DNA of 10,650 nt from Campylobacterota bacterium (GCA_034717975.1 JAYEMF010000110.1:1-10650), one strand, 5' to 3'. Shown: positions 1-8,106, counted from the first letter of the stretch. Notes: generated by a model from the sequence alone, not told the origin. Numbers and translations: made by a program.

Positions 1-210
1 GCCGCCTATCAGGTACCGACAGTAGCCATCTTCGGTCCGACACGCCATCTGGAAACGTCACAGTGGAAAAATGAGAAGAGTATGATTGTAAGGCATGATA
101 TGGAGTGTGCTCCATGTATGAAACGGGAGTGTCCGCTAAAACATCATGAGTGCATGAAGAGCATCGAAGCCCGGGAGGTCATCGATGCAATTAAGAAGCT
201 TTTAGATTAA
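1..210 (+). CDS. waaF: LPS heptosyltransferase (GT9, WaaF-like), 3' part only; runs in from the window edge
   Basis: Frame +1 is open from base 1 to TAA at 208-210: AAYQVPTVAIFGPTRHLETSQWKNEKSMIVRHDMECAPCMKRECPLKHHECMKSIEAREVIDAIKKLLD*. PTVAIFGPT and the CxPC..RxCP..HH.CM tail are typical of GT9 heptosyltransferase II C-termini. It sits next to ADP-heptose genes. Not in the ORF track because no start codon is in the window. Confidence 0.88.
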   Translation, partial: AAYQVPTVAIFGPTRHLETSQWKNEKSMIVRHDMECAPCMKRECPLKHHECMKSIEAREVIDAIKKLLD

Positions 211-800
211 AATGCGACTTTAAAACCGACGAACCAGGCGTTATTGAGATCTTGGTTACCAGCGCCCTTATACTTCGTCTCTATATTACGGTATCCTGCC
301 GTAATACGGCCATTATCTATGATTTCCGCGTCCACGCTGATCTTATATTCAAAATAGCGTTCACCCTCTTTAAATGAGAGTACTTTCGGTGCAAAGTAGA
401 CATTTCCATTAAGGTAAATCGGTACGAAGCCATCAGCCGGAAGAAGAAATGATGCTTCCAAACCAAGCGGAAGGGCCATAAAGTCTTCATCCCCCAGGTC
501 GGTATACTCAAACTTCGCCCCTATACCCAGCGTCAGTGCATTATTGGCACGCACCGGCTGCTGCATCAAGAAGTTGATCTCATACAGATCAGGATCTTCA
601 CTGTAGTCGCTGTTCTCTTTATCGGCATTCAGGTAACGAAAACCTACAAAAACGGTATCCGGCTCAGTCACTTCGTTAAACTGTCCCATATCGAGACGAA
701 GCTGTGCTTCGAGATCTTTGTCGTTGATATTAATTTCACCCTGATGCATCGCCATCGCGGAGGTAGCGATCAGTGCGCTAAGTGCTAGTTTTTTCAGCAT
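207..800 (-). CDS. YfaZ-family outer-membrane beta-barrel protein
   Basis: 197 aa with a Sec signal peptide (MLKKLALSALIATSAMA), alternating hydrophobic beta-strand pattern, YFAPKVLSF and GYRNIE segments resembling YfaZ, and a terminal Phe (GFKVAF) typical of outer-membrane proteins. Its start overlaps the hldE stop. Confidence 0.8.
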   Translation of the reverse strand: MLKKLALSALIATSAMAMHQGEININDKDLEAQLRLDMGQFNEVTEPDTVFVGFRYLNADKENSDYSEDPDLYEINFLMQQPVRANNALTLGIGAKFEYTDLGDEDFMALPLGLEASFLLPADGFVPIYLNGNVYFAPKVLSFKEGERYFEYKISVDAEIIDNGRITAGYRNIETKYKGAGNQDLNNAWFVGFKVAF

Positions 801-2224
801 GTCTGTCCTTGAATTTTTTCTATGGTTCTTGTCGTACTTTTGCCATCGACAAAGTCAACCAGTTTCAGCTCTTTAGCAAATTCTGTTCCGACGACCTGCT
901 TGCCTTCATAATCACCGCCTTTGACCAAGGTATCCGGAGCAATAAGTCTAATCAGGTCATGCGGTGTATCTTCGATAAACGGCACCACATAATCTACCGC
1001 TTCGAGCGCCGCTAAAAGGTAGGCTCTGTCTTCAGCCAGGTTAACGGGACGGGTAGGGCCTTTAAGACGGCTTACCGACTCATCCGAGTTCAGACCGACT
1101 ATCAGGATATCGCCAAAACTTTTGGCCTTTTGCAGATACTTTACATGACCGACATGCAAAATATCAAAGCATCCGTTTGTGAAAACAATGCGTTTATTGT
1201 TTAAGCGGGCACGTTCAACGATCTGTGAAATTACTTCAAAACTTTTAATGTGTGCATCGGAAGTGCTCTGATGCAGTTTTGATTCATACATCTCGATCTC
1301 ATCAAGCGTTACCGTTGCCGAACCGATCTTTCCAACCACTACGGCTGCCGCATGGTTGGCAAACTTTGCCGTCTCTTCGATCGACTTGCCGGCACTTAGT
1401 GCAAAAGCGATCGAAGCGATCACCGTATCACCCGCACCGGTTACATCAAACACTTCCTGAGCGACCGTCGGAAATCTTTTGACTTCATCATCAAGGATGG
1501 CGATCCCGTCTTCTGAAAGGGTGATCATTGAACGGTCAAGTTCGCACGTCTCTTTTAACCAGACAAGTGCCGCTTCAAGACTGGCATCACTGTCAATCGT
1601 AATTCCCGTCGCTTCAATGGCCTCTTTTTTATTTGGTGTCAGAAGATGTGCCCCTCTGTATTTGCTGTAGTCGGTTCCCTTTGGATCAACCAGTACCTTT
1701 TTAGCTTTTGTCTTGGCCAGCCTTATCACTCCCTGAGCCAATTCATCCGTAATCACACCCTTGCCATAGTCGGAGATAATGATCATCTCATAGAGAAACA
1801 TATCTTTTTCTATAGCTGTCAATATTTTTTCAACCGACGTTTGTTCAATGGGATCTTTTGACTCTTTGTCATAACGTAAGATCTGCTGATGCGCAGCGAT
1901 TATACGGCTTTTCTTACTGCTTTTCCGGCCTGCTTGCGTAACAAGTCCCTCTGTCTTGACCCCAATGCCCGTGAGCATCATCGTCATCTCACGACCGTTA
2001 ACATCATCACCGATCACGCTGGCCACACTTACCGATGCACCCAGAGCGATTAGATTATTGATCACATTCCCCGCACCACCAAGCACTGTCGTCTCCTTGC
2101 CGATATCAACCACCTGTACCGGGGCTTCGGGAGAGATACGATCTGTTGATCCCCAAAGGTAGTGGTCGATCATCAGATCACCGACAACGAGAATATTTGG
2201 CCGGGAAGCTTTCAGCTCCTCCAT
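794..2224 (-). CDS. hldE: Bifunctional D-beta-D-heptose 7-phosphate kinase / heptose 1-phosphate adenylyltransferase (HldE/RfaE)
   Basis: 476 aa. N-terminal PfkB-type kinase domain (VVGDLMIDHY, RISPEAPV, SDYGKG, DVTGAGDTV) and C-terminal nucleotidyltransferase domain (FTNGCFDILHVGH, GLNSDESVSRLKG, LVKGGDY, GKSTT). Confidence 0.97.
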   Translation of the reverse strand: MEELKASRPNILVVGDLMIDHYLWGSTDRISPEAPVQVVDIGKETTVLGGAGNVINNLIALGASVSVASVIGDDVNGREMTMMLTGIGVKTEGLVTQAGRKSSKKSRIIAAHQQILRYDKESKDPIEQTSVEKILTAIEKDMFLYEMIIISDYGKGVITDELAQGVIRLAKTKAKKVLVDPKGTDYSKYRGAHLLTPNKKEAIEATGITIDSDASLEAALVWLKETCELDRSMITLSEDGIAILDDEVKRFPTVAQEVFDVTGAGDTVIASIAFALSAGKSIEETAKFANHAAAVVVGKIGSATVTLDEIEMYESKLHQSTSDAHIKSFEVISQIVERARLNNKRIVFTNGCFDILHVGHVKYLQKAKSFGDILIVGLNSDESVSRLKGPTRPVNLAEDRAYLLAALEAVDYVVPFIEDTPHDLIRLIAPDTLVKGGDYEGKQVVGTEFAKELKLVDFVDGKSTTRTIEKIQGQTC

Positions 2225-3231
2225 TATTTAAGCTCTTCCTCAAACAGGCGTTTGATCTCCGGTACATAGGCTTTTATCCCCTCTTCCATCTCGAAACGCG
2301 GTTCATACCCCAATCCGGTTCTGGTCGGTTCAATATCTGCTTCCGTATGGAACTGGTAACGTCCTACAAACGGGTTAGGCATATATTCACATTCAAGTGT
2401 TGTACCAAGCTCTTTTTGAAGGATGTCGACAATATCCTGAAATGAGCGTGCTTTTCCTGTGCCTACATTGTAAACACCGCTCTGGTTTGGCTCCATCGCT
2501 TTGATATTTGCCTGGATAATATCTTCGATATAGATAAAATCACGAACGATCTTGTCCGAACCTTCGAAGAGCTTGGGATTTTTACCACTGAGTATCTGAT
2601 GACCGAACTGCACCACCATCGATGCTGTTTTATTCTTGAAAAACTCATGCGGTCCATAGACATTGAAATAACGAAGTCCGACGATGCTGATCGTCTCACG
2701 TTCCATATATTCACGAGCAAGATGGTCCATCATCAGTTTTGAAAAACCATAAACATTTTGCGGTGCTTCACGCCCGACCGTCTGAGGCGAAGGTGCATCA
2801 CCATACGTCGCACCGGATGAAGCGTAGATCATATTGGCATCATGGACCACAGCAAGATCAAGCAGCTCTTTAAAGGCATTGACATTGGTTTTTATCATCA
2901 GATCCTGTTCCAATGCCGTTGTATCAGAGATCGCCGCTTCATGAAAAATATAATCAAACTTGTAGTTTGCTTCAAGATATTCCAGCATTGTTTTGTCGTT
3001 AATATCACCGCTTATCACTTCACCGCTAAAACCAATCAGGTTTTTAAAGTGCCCAAAACTTTTGAGATTGCCGTTTGAAAGTGTCTCACCACTGCGAAAA
3101 CTGTCCAGTACCACCACTTTCGCCTCGGGATGATTTTCCTGAAAATAGAAGGCAAGGTTGGAACCGATAAACCCTGCCCCTCCGGTGATCAAGATCGTTT
3201 TGTTTTCAAGAGTGCTGTCAATATATTTCAT
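2224..3231 (-). CDS. hldD: ADP-L-glycero-D-manno-heptose 6-epimerase (HldD/RfaD/GmhD)
   Basis: Extended SDR motifs ITGGAGFIGSN, HEAAISDTT, YASS, YGFSK, LRYFNVYGP, RDFIYIED, YQFHTEAD. Start placed at ATG 3231 (MKYID) because a GGAG RBS lies at about 3238-3241; the ORF track starts at 3246. Its stop overlaps the hldE start by 1 nt. Confidence 0.96.
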   Translation of the reverse strand: MKYIDSTLENKTILITGGAGFIGSNLAFYFQENHPEAKVVVLDSFRSGETLSNGNLKSFGHFKNLIGFSGEVISGDINDKTMLEYLEANYKFDYIFHEAAISDTTALEQDLMIKTNVNAFKELLDLAVVHDANMIYASSGATYGDAPSPQTVGREAPQNVYGFSKLMMDHLAREYMERETISIVGLRYFNVYGPHEFFKNKTASMVVQFGHQILSGKNPKLFEGSDKIVRDFIYIEDIIQANIKAMEPNQSGVYNVGTGKARSFQDIVDILQKELGTTLECEYMPNPFVGRYQFHTEADIEPTRTGLGYEPRFEMEEGIKAYVPEIKRLFEEELK

Positions 3232-3283
3232 TATTTTCTCCATCATTTTTCAAGCTGTTGACACTACTAATATTTAGTCTATT

Positions 3284-3292
3284 ATTGTATCA
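3284..3292 (-). promoter_or_regulatory. Extended -10 sigma70 promoter candidate for hldD-hldE-yfaZ
   Basis: Minus strand reads TGATACAAT (TGn + TACAAT) about 53 nt upstream of the hldD ATG, the usual Campylobacterota promoter form. Confidence 0.55.
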
Positions 3293-3352
3293 AAATAGCA
3301 TTGAAGTATGCGTTATTTTGATTTGATTACCATTTTTTAAGATAGTTACCAA

Positions 3353-3358
3353 TATAAT
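3353..3358 (+). promoter_or_regulatory. -10 box candidate for the cytochrome c gene
   Basis: Perfect TATAAT 32 nt upstream of ATG 3391, with a GGAG RBS at 3382-3385. A second candidate, TTGACA(3258-3263)-N16-TATTAT(3280-3285), lies further upstream. Confidence 0.45.
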
Positions 3359-3390
3359 AAAACCGAAACTTAATATTACATGGAGAAAAC

Positions 3391-3687
3391 ATGAAAAAAA
3401 TCGCTCTTGCATTACTTGTAACTGGTGTATCTTTGATGGCAGCTGATGGTGCTGCTCTGTACAAAAAATGTGCTGCTTGTCACGGTGCCAAAGGTGAAAA
3501 AGCTGCACTTGGCAAATCTGCTGTAATCGGTGGTGCTGACGTTGCTACAATGGTAGCTGATATGAAAGGTTACAAAGCCGGTACTACTAACAAAAAAGGT
3601 ATGGGCGCATTGATGAAAGGTCAGGTAGCTTCTTACTCTGACGCTGATATTCAAGCTGTTGCTGAATATATCCACGGTCTTAAGTAA
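3391..3687 (+). CDS. Periplasmic monoheme class I cytochrome c (cytochrome c553-like)
   Basis: 98 aa with signal peptide (MKKIALALLVTGVSLMA), a single CAACH heme motif, a distal Met region (GMGALMKGQV) and a Lys-rich surface. Strong GGAG RBS. Codon choice biased to GCT/GGT/AAA, suggesting high expression. Confidence 0.95.
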   Translation: MKKIALALLVTGVSLMAADGAALYKKCAACHGAKGEKAALGKSAVIGGADVATMVADMKGYKAGTTNKKGMGALMKGQVASYSDADIQAVAEYIHGLK

Positions 3688-3701
3688 TTAAGTCCACGTT
3701 T

Positions 3702-3742
3702 TCTTAGCGTTAGTCGTTAGACTGCGCTAAGACTTTTTCTTT
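3702..3742 (+). terminator. Rho-independent terminator of the cytochrome c gene
   Basis: Hairpin TCTTAGCG-T-TAGTC-gtta-GACTG-CGCTAAGA (3702-3732; one bulge, one G:U) followed by CTTTTTCTTT, 14 nt after the stop. A short T-run before the stem is on the wrong strand to terminate the convergent ccoS transcript efficiently. Confidence 0.85.
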
Positions 3743-3799
3743 CACACTTTCTCAACAATCACCTAGAATGTCTTATTGTCTACATAACGAACCAAAACT

Positions 3800-4018
3800 C
3801 TATTCAGGGCTATAGTTCTTCTTTTTCAGTTTCTCTTTTTTACGCTCCTGTTCAGCTGCATCATTAAGGCCCTCTTCATCATCAAAAAGTGCCTGATTGA
3901 GAAACTTCTCTTCATCATCAAACTGCCCGCTCTTGATCCCCCATAGAAAAGCGATCAGTGCCAAAGTACCCAGAAAAATTGATGCTCCCAGCATCATAGC
4001 AATTACCCAGCTATCCAT
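3800..4018 (-). CDS. ccoS: cbb3-type cytochrome c oxidase assembly protein CcoS (FixS)
   Basis: 72 aa from ATG 4018 with an AAGGA RBS just upstream. One TM helix followed by the FixS/CcoS signature FLWGIKSGQFDD. Directly downstream of ccoI. Confidence 0.93.
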   Translation of the reverse strand: MDSWVIAMMLGASIFLGTLALIAFLWGIKSGQFDDEEKFLNQALFDDEEGLNDAAEQERKKEKLKKKNYSPE

Positions 4019-4020
4019 AA

Positions 4021-4062
4021 AAATCCTTAATTCATAATTGTTAATTTTAAATTCAAAATTAC
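4021..4062. repeat. Degenerate tandem heptamer repeat (WAATTNN x5-6)
   Basis: Plus strand in 7-nt register: AAATCCT TAATTCA TAATTGT TAATTTT AAATTCA AAATTAC. Fills almost the whole ccoI-ccoS spacer. Confidence 0.65.
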
Positions 4063-6455
4063 TGTTTGTTCCAGCTGTAACGAATACGCATCGAATTACC
4101 CACAACGAGCAGTGAGCTTAGAGACATCGATACGGCAGCGACGAGTGGGATAATATAACCCGCCATCGCCAGTGGAATTGTAATGGCATTATACAGCAAC
4201 GACAACCCGAGGTTCTGTTTGATCAGACCGTAGGTCGTATAGGAGATCTTAAACGCTTCACCAAGTGATATAAGCGAGTCATTCATTAAGACGACATCAC
4301 TCACATCAATGGCGATATCACTGCCATTGCCCATAGCGATCCCGATATCAGCGCGGGCAAGCGCTAAGATATCGTTCACACCATCACCTACCATCACAAT
4401 TTTTTCGCCGCTGTTTTGGCGCGAAACGATGTAAGCCTCTTTGGCATCCGGTGTCAGTTCACTTTTGTAATCGCCAATGCCGACCGCACCGGCGATCTCA
4501 GATGCGGCCTGTTCATGATCACCTGTAAGCATGACAGTATTGACCCCATGCTTTTTAAGCAGTTCAATAGTTTGTATCGCATCCGATTTCGGCTGATCTT
4601 TGAGTTCAAACACCGCTTTCAACACACCATCTATTGCGTAATAAAAAGCAGTTTTCGTAACCTCGATGTCACAGTTTACACCATGCTCCTGCATAAATGT
4701 TCTATTGCCGCCGACAAGCATCATACCCCTGTAACGTCCTACAATGCCTCGCGCAGCAATCTGGTTCTGTTCATCCAGCACCAGATGCTGATCGACCGAA
4801 CCGCTTAAGTAGAGTGCCACCCCTTTTGAAACCGGGTGTGTCGAGCTCATGGCCAGGGCATAAATAGCCTCTTTGCTTATCCTCTCATCAAGCCAGTGGA
4901 CATCAACCACCTCCGGACGTCCTTCGGTAAGCGTACCGGTCTTGTCAAAAACAACCGTATCTGCCTTTGCCATCGTCTCCAGCTGTGCTGCCTCTTTAAA
5001 GAGAATTCCCCGTTTGGCACCCAGTCCCAGTCCAACCAGTGTCGCTACAGGTGTTGCCAGTGCCAAGGCACACGGGCAGGCGATGATGATCACCGATATA
5101 CCGACCATAAATGCTGTATTGAAATCATGCGGCCATAACCACCAAACGATGAATGTGACCAGTGAAAAGAGAAGAATGATCGATGAAAAATACTCCGAAA
5201 GCCGGTTGGCAAGCTGCTCAATCCGAGGCTTCTTACTCATAGAGTTCTCCAGCATCGCTACGAGGCTGGAGAGTGTCGAGTGTGCAAAGTCTTTGGTCAC
5301 TTCATAGCGAAGCATCGCATCAATACTGATCGTTCCGCTGATTACCGTGTCCCCTTTCTGCTTGAAAATAGGAACACTTTCACCTGTCAGACTCGACTCA
5401 TCCAGAGTGCCATCACCTTCGACAACAATACCGTCAAGCGCCGCTTTCTCACCGGTTTGAAGCATAACGATATCGCCAACATTCACCTCATTGACATTGA
5501 CAATTTTAACCGTCTCTCCATCAACAACATTCACCTCATTCGGCACATGTTTGGAGATCACATCGAGCGTGTCAGCGGCACTTTTTTTACTCAAGACTTC
5601 TAAAAACTTGCCAAAGAGGACAAATGCGATAATCATCGTCACCGAATCAAAATAGGCCTCACCAAGTTGCAACAGAGTGATATAGATAGAGTAAAAGTAG
5701 GTGAGCACCGCTCCTGTCGCCACGAGGATGTCCATATTGACGATGCGGTTTTTAAGGCCAAAATAGGCCCCTTTGAAAAAGACCCATCCACTGTAGAAGA
5801 GCACTGGCGTAGCAAGCACCCATTCACCGACATTCAAAATAGTGACAATATCCTCATCGATCCCGCTAAAATAACCGTGATACTGAGCGAAAGAGATCGA
5901 CATCATATTCATCAGTGAAAAGCCGGCCACCGCCATACGAAGATAGTAATCTTTACGCTCTTTGTTCGCATGCGCTTCTTGCAAGGATGGGTCATAAGGG
6001 AAAGCGTTATAGCCAATAGCCCGGATCATATCGATGATGCCCGAAAGTTTCACGACACTATCAGCCCAGGTGATCTGTGCCTTGTTGGTTGTAAAGTTGA
6101 TATGGACGTTGACCACACCTTCCATCTTGTGGAGCGCTTTTTCATTCAGCCAGACGCATGCTGCACAGTGAATTCCCTCAATAATCAGTGAGACTTCCTG
6201 AAAGCCTTCGCTGTTTGTCGTTACAAACCTGTCATAAAAAGCCGGTGAATCAAAATTGGAAGAGTCTTCATACTGCTCGGTCGGAGGGGCAAGCTTGGTG
6301 TCACCTACTTTGTCATAGAAGTTATCCAGCCCCTCATCACTCAGGAGATGGTAAACACCCTGGCACCCCTTGCAGCAGAAGTAGTGGTCACCATCAACAA
6401 TCATCACTGAATCGTCAAACTCCAGGTGACAGTGATCACATTTAACTTTCGACAA
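4059..6455 (-). CDS. ccoI: Cu(I)-translocating P1B-type ATPase, CcoI/FixI type
   Basis: 798 aa, TTG start. N-terminal CDHC...FCCKGC domain typical of CcoI/FixI, HMA motif GIHCAAC, TGES, intramembrane CPC, DKTGTLT phosphorylation site, HP, TGD, GDGVND, and YN plus MxxSS Cu+ ligands. Followed by ccoS. Confidence 0.93.
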   Translation of the reverse strand: MSKVKCDHCHLEFDDSVMIVDGDHYFCCKGCQGVYHLLSDEGLDNFYDKVGDTKLAPPTEQYEDSSNFDSPAFYDRFVTTNSEGFQEVSLIIEGIHCAACVWLNEKALHKMEGVVNVHINFTTNKAQITWADSVVKLSGIIDMIRAIGYNAFPYDPSLQEAHANKERKDYYLRMAVAGFSLMNMMSISFAQYHGYFSGIDEDIVTILNVGEWVLATPVLFYSGWVFFKGAYFGLKNRIVNMDILVATGAVLTYFYSIYITLLQLGEAYFDSVTMIIAFVLFGKFLEVLSKKSAADTLDVISKHVPNEVNVVDGETVKIVNVNEVNVGDIVMLQTGEKAALDGIVVEGDGTLDESSLTGESVPIFKQKGDTVISGTISIDAMLRYEVTKDFAHSTLSSLVAMLENSMSKKPRIEQLANRLSEYFSSIILLFSLVTFIVWWLWPHDFNTAFMVGISVIIIACPCALALATPVATLVGLGLGAKRGILFKEAAQLETMAKADTVVFDKTGTLTEGRPEVVDVHWLDERISKEAIYALAMSSTHPVSKGVALYLSGSVDQHLVLDEQNQIAARGIVGRYRGMMLVGGNRTFMQEHGVNCDIEVTKTAFYYAIDGVLKAVFELKDQPKSDAIQTIELLKKHGVNTVMLTGDHEQAASEIAGAVGIGDYKSELTPDAKEAYIVSRQNSGEKIVMVGDGVNDILALARADIGIAMGNGSDIAIDVSDVVLMNDSLISLGEAFKISYTTYGLIKQNLGLSLLYNAITIPLAMAGYIIPLVAAVSMSLSSLLVVGNSMRIRYSWNKQ

Positions 6456-6930
6456 ATTCGAATTTTCCTGTTTGTCTGTTTTTTAAAAGCTGGTCATGCG
6501 GAGCGACGCTGCCTTGCATACAGATGTATGCCCCTCCCTCATTTTGGCTTTGTGCATGGCCAATGGCCATAGCAAGATTGGCTGTTGCTTCCAGAGGATC
6601 GATCTCAAACGGAATCATAGCACCGGTAAAGACCACTACCTGATCTTCCAGCAGTTCATGCATAAACGCTGCACTCAGATGCATTGTATCGGTTCCATGG
6701 ACTACAACAAATTTTTTTTCCTTCGAAGCCAAAATGATGCTTGCAATCATCTTGCGATCATCCATCGTCATATCGAGGCTGTCTTTATAGATAGCCCCCG
6801 CCATCTCTATATCATAAGCAAAAACATTTAAAATCTTCTCTACGGCCCGGTTATCGTAAGGAACTTCCATCATACCTGTGAGTGGATTGTAACGTTTATT
6901 GAATGTACCGCCGGTATTAAGGATTAACAT
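6442..6930 (-). CDS. Short-chain (catalytic-domain-only) L-asparaginase family protein
   Basis: 162 aa with NTGGT and HGTDT catalytic Thr motifs, DSLDM, TGAM.P, and a C-terminal LLKN placing a Lys where the catalytic Lys is expected. Overlaps both the gmhB stop and the ccoI start. Confidence 0.87.
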   Translation of the reverse strand: MLILNTGGTFNKRYNPLTGMMEVPYDNRAVEKILNVFAYDIEMAGAIYKDSLDMTMDDRKMIASIILASKEKKFVVVHGTDTMHLSAAFMHELLEDQVVVFTGAMIPFEIDPLEATANLAMAIGHAQSQNEGGAYICMQGSVAPHDQLLKNRQTGKFEFVES

Positions 6931-7451
6931 TTCACCTCTTTGAGTGTTCTGACTACAGCCGTCGCCTTGCTATCTTTGTTATCATGCTGCGGATCAAAAA
7001 GATACTGTACCGGGACACCGGAACGGATCGCCGCTTCGATGTCACGCTCTTTATCACCTACAAGCAGTGATTGTCTCAAATCGATATTTAGATCTTCTGC
7101 CGCATCAAGCAGCATACCCGGTTCAGGTTTACGACAGCGGCACGGACCTGTAATATCGGGATGATGCGGGCAGTGATAGACTCCGCTGATCTGAATACCT
7201 GCCTCAGCAAACTGTTCAACCATCCAGTGCGTAAGTGTCTCAAACTCCTCTTCAGAGTAATGCCCTCTGGCAATACCAGACTGATTGGTCACGACAACGA
7301 TCAGGTATCCTTTCTCCTGAGCACGTTTGCAGAGGTCAAAAATACCGTCAATAAAATCAAAATCTTCGATTTTATGCAGATAGGCGGTATCAACATTGAT
7401 GACACCGTCACGATCCAAAAACAGTGCCGGTTGTTTCTCTTTCCTCTTCAC
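6924..7451 (-). CDS. gmhB: D-glycero-beta-D-manno-heptose 1,7-bisphosphate 7-phosphatase
   Basis: 175 aa, GTG start with GAGGG RBS. HAD motifs FLDRDGVIN, VTNQSGIARG, zinc loop CPHHP...CRCRKPEPGM, and GDKERD. Confidence 0.96.
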   Translation of the reverse strand: MKRKEKQPALFLDRDGVINVDTAYLHKIEDFDFIDGIFDLCKRAQEKGYLIVVVTNQSGIARGHYSEEEFETLTHWMVEQFAEAGIQISGVYHCPHHPDITGPCRCRKPEPGMLLDAAEDLNIDLRQSLLVGDKERDIEAAIRSGVPVQYLFDPQHDNKDSKATAVVRTLKEVKC

Positions 7452-7472
7452 TCTTCCCTCTTCACCGTAAAG

Positions 7473-8072
7473 CTATGCTTCACCGACTCCATCAGCAAAA
7501 AGCTCTTTTTCGATAATATCACAAAGAATATGGCCGATCAGAATGTGTGATTCCTGAATACGTGGTGTATCATTGGAGGGAACAATTAATGCATAATCAG
7601 CCATCTGTGCCATCTTGCCGCCATCGCGTCCAACCAAAGCAACTGTCGTGATTCCTTTGGACGCGGCACTCTCAAAGGCATTGACAATATTTTGCGAGTT
7701 GCCCGATGTAGAGATGCCGATAAAGAGATCCCCTTCACTACCTACACCTTCAAGCTGACGGGAAAAGACTTTATCGTAACCATAATCATTGCCGATAGCC
7801 GTAAGGTTGGAGGTATCTGTTGTCAGTGCGATCGAAGAGATGGAAGGACGGTCAAAGCCATAACGTCCGACAAGTTCCGCCGCAATATGCTGTGCATCGG
7901 CAGCTGAACCGCCATTTCCGGCCAAAAGTGTCTTTTTGTCATTGCGATAGAGATCGACACACTTCTGGGCTACTTCGGCGATTAGCTCTACCAGTTTTTC
8001 ATCCGCTAAAATTTTCTGTTTTGTTTCATACGAGGCGGTTATTTGATTTTTGACATAACTTTTCATAGACAT
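7473..8072 (-). CDS. gmhA: Sedoheptulose 7-phosphate isomerase
   Basis: 199 aa SIS domain with GNGGSAADAQH, IGNDYGY, FSRQ, ISTSGNS and TPRIQESH motifs. The alternative start ATG 8066 has better RBS spacing. Confidence 0.97.
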   Translation of the reverse strand: MSMKSYVKNQITASYETKQKILADEKLVELIAEVAQKCVDLYRNDKKTLLAGNGGSAADAQHIAAELVGRYGFDRPSISSIALTTDTSNLTAIGNDYGYDKVFSRQLEGVGSEGDLFIGISTSGNSQNIVNAFESAASKGITTVALVGRDGGKMAQMADYALIVPSNDTPRIQESHILIGHILCDIIEKELFADGVGEA

Positions 8073-8097
8073 TTTCCATACTTATTTCAAATGAGAG

Positions 8098-8106
8098 AAT
8101 ATACCA
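8098..8106 (-). promoter_or_regulatory. Extended -10 promoter candidate for gmhA-gmhB-asparaginase-ccoI-ccoS
   Basis: Minus strand reads TGGTATATT (TGn + TATATT) about 26 nt upstream of the gmhA start. Confidence 0.5.

Noticed and set aside
4021..4062. CRISPR or iteron interpretation of the repeat
   Set aside because: Units are 7 bp, contiguous and degenerate, with no spacers and no cas or rep genes nearby.
3800..4105. 101-aa ORF-track version of ccoS
   Set aside because: The extension overlaps ccoI and translates the AT-rich repeat spacer. The RBS and family pattern support ATG 4018.
6712..6719. A8 tract in the asparaginase gene (also A7 tracts in cytochrome c and ccoI) as phase-variation sites
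   Set aside because: Frames are intact and short A tracts are expected from Lys codons. No long poly-G/C tract of the kind typical for phase variation in this group is present.
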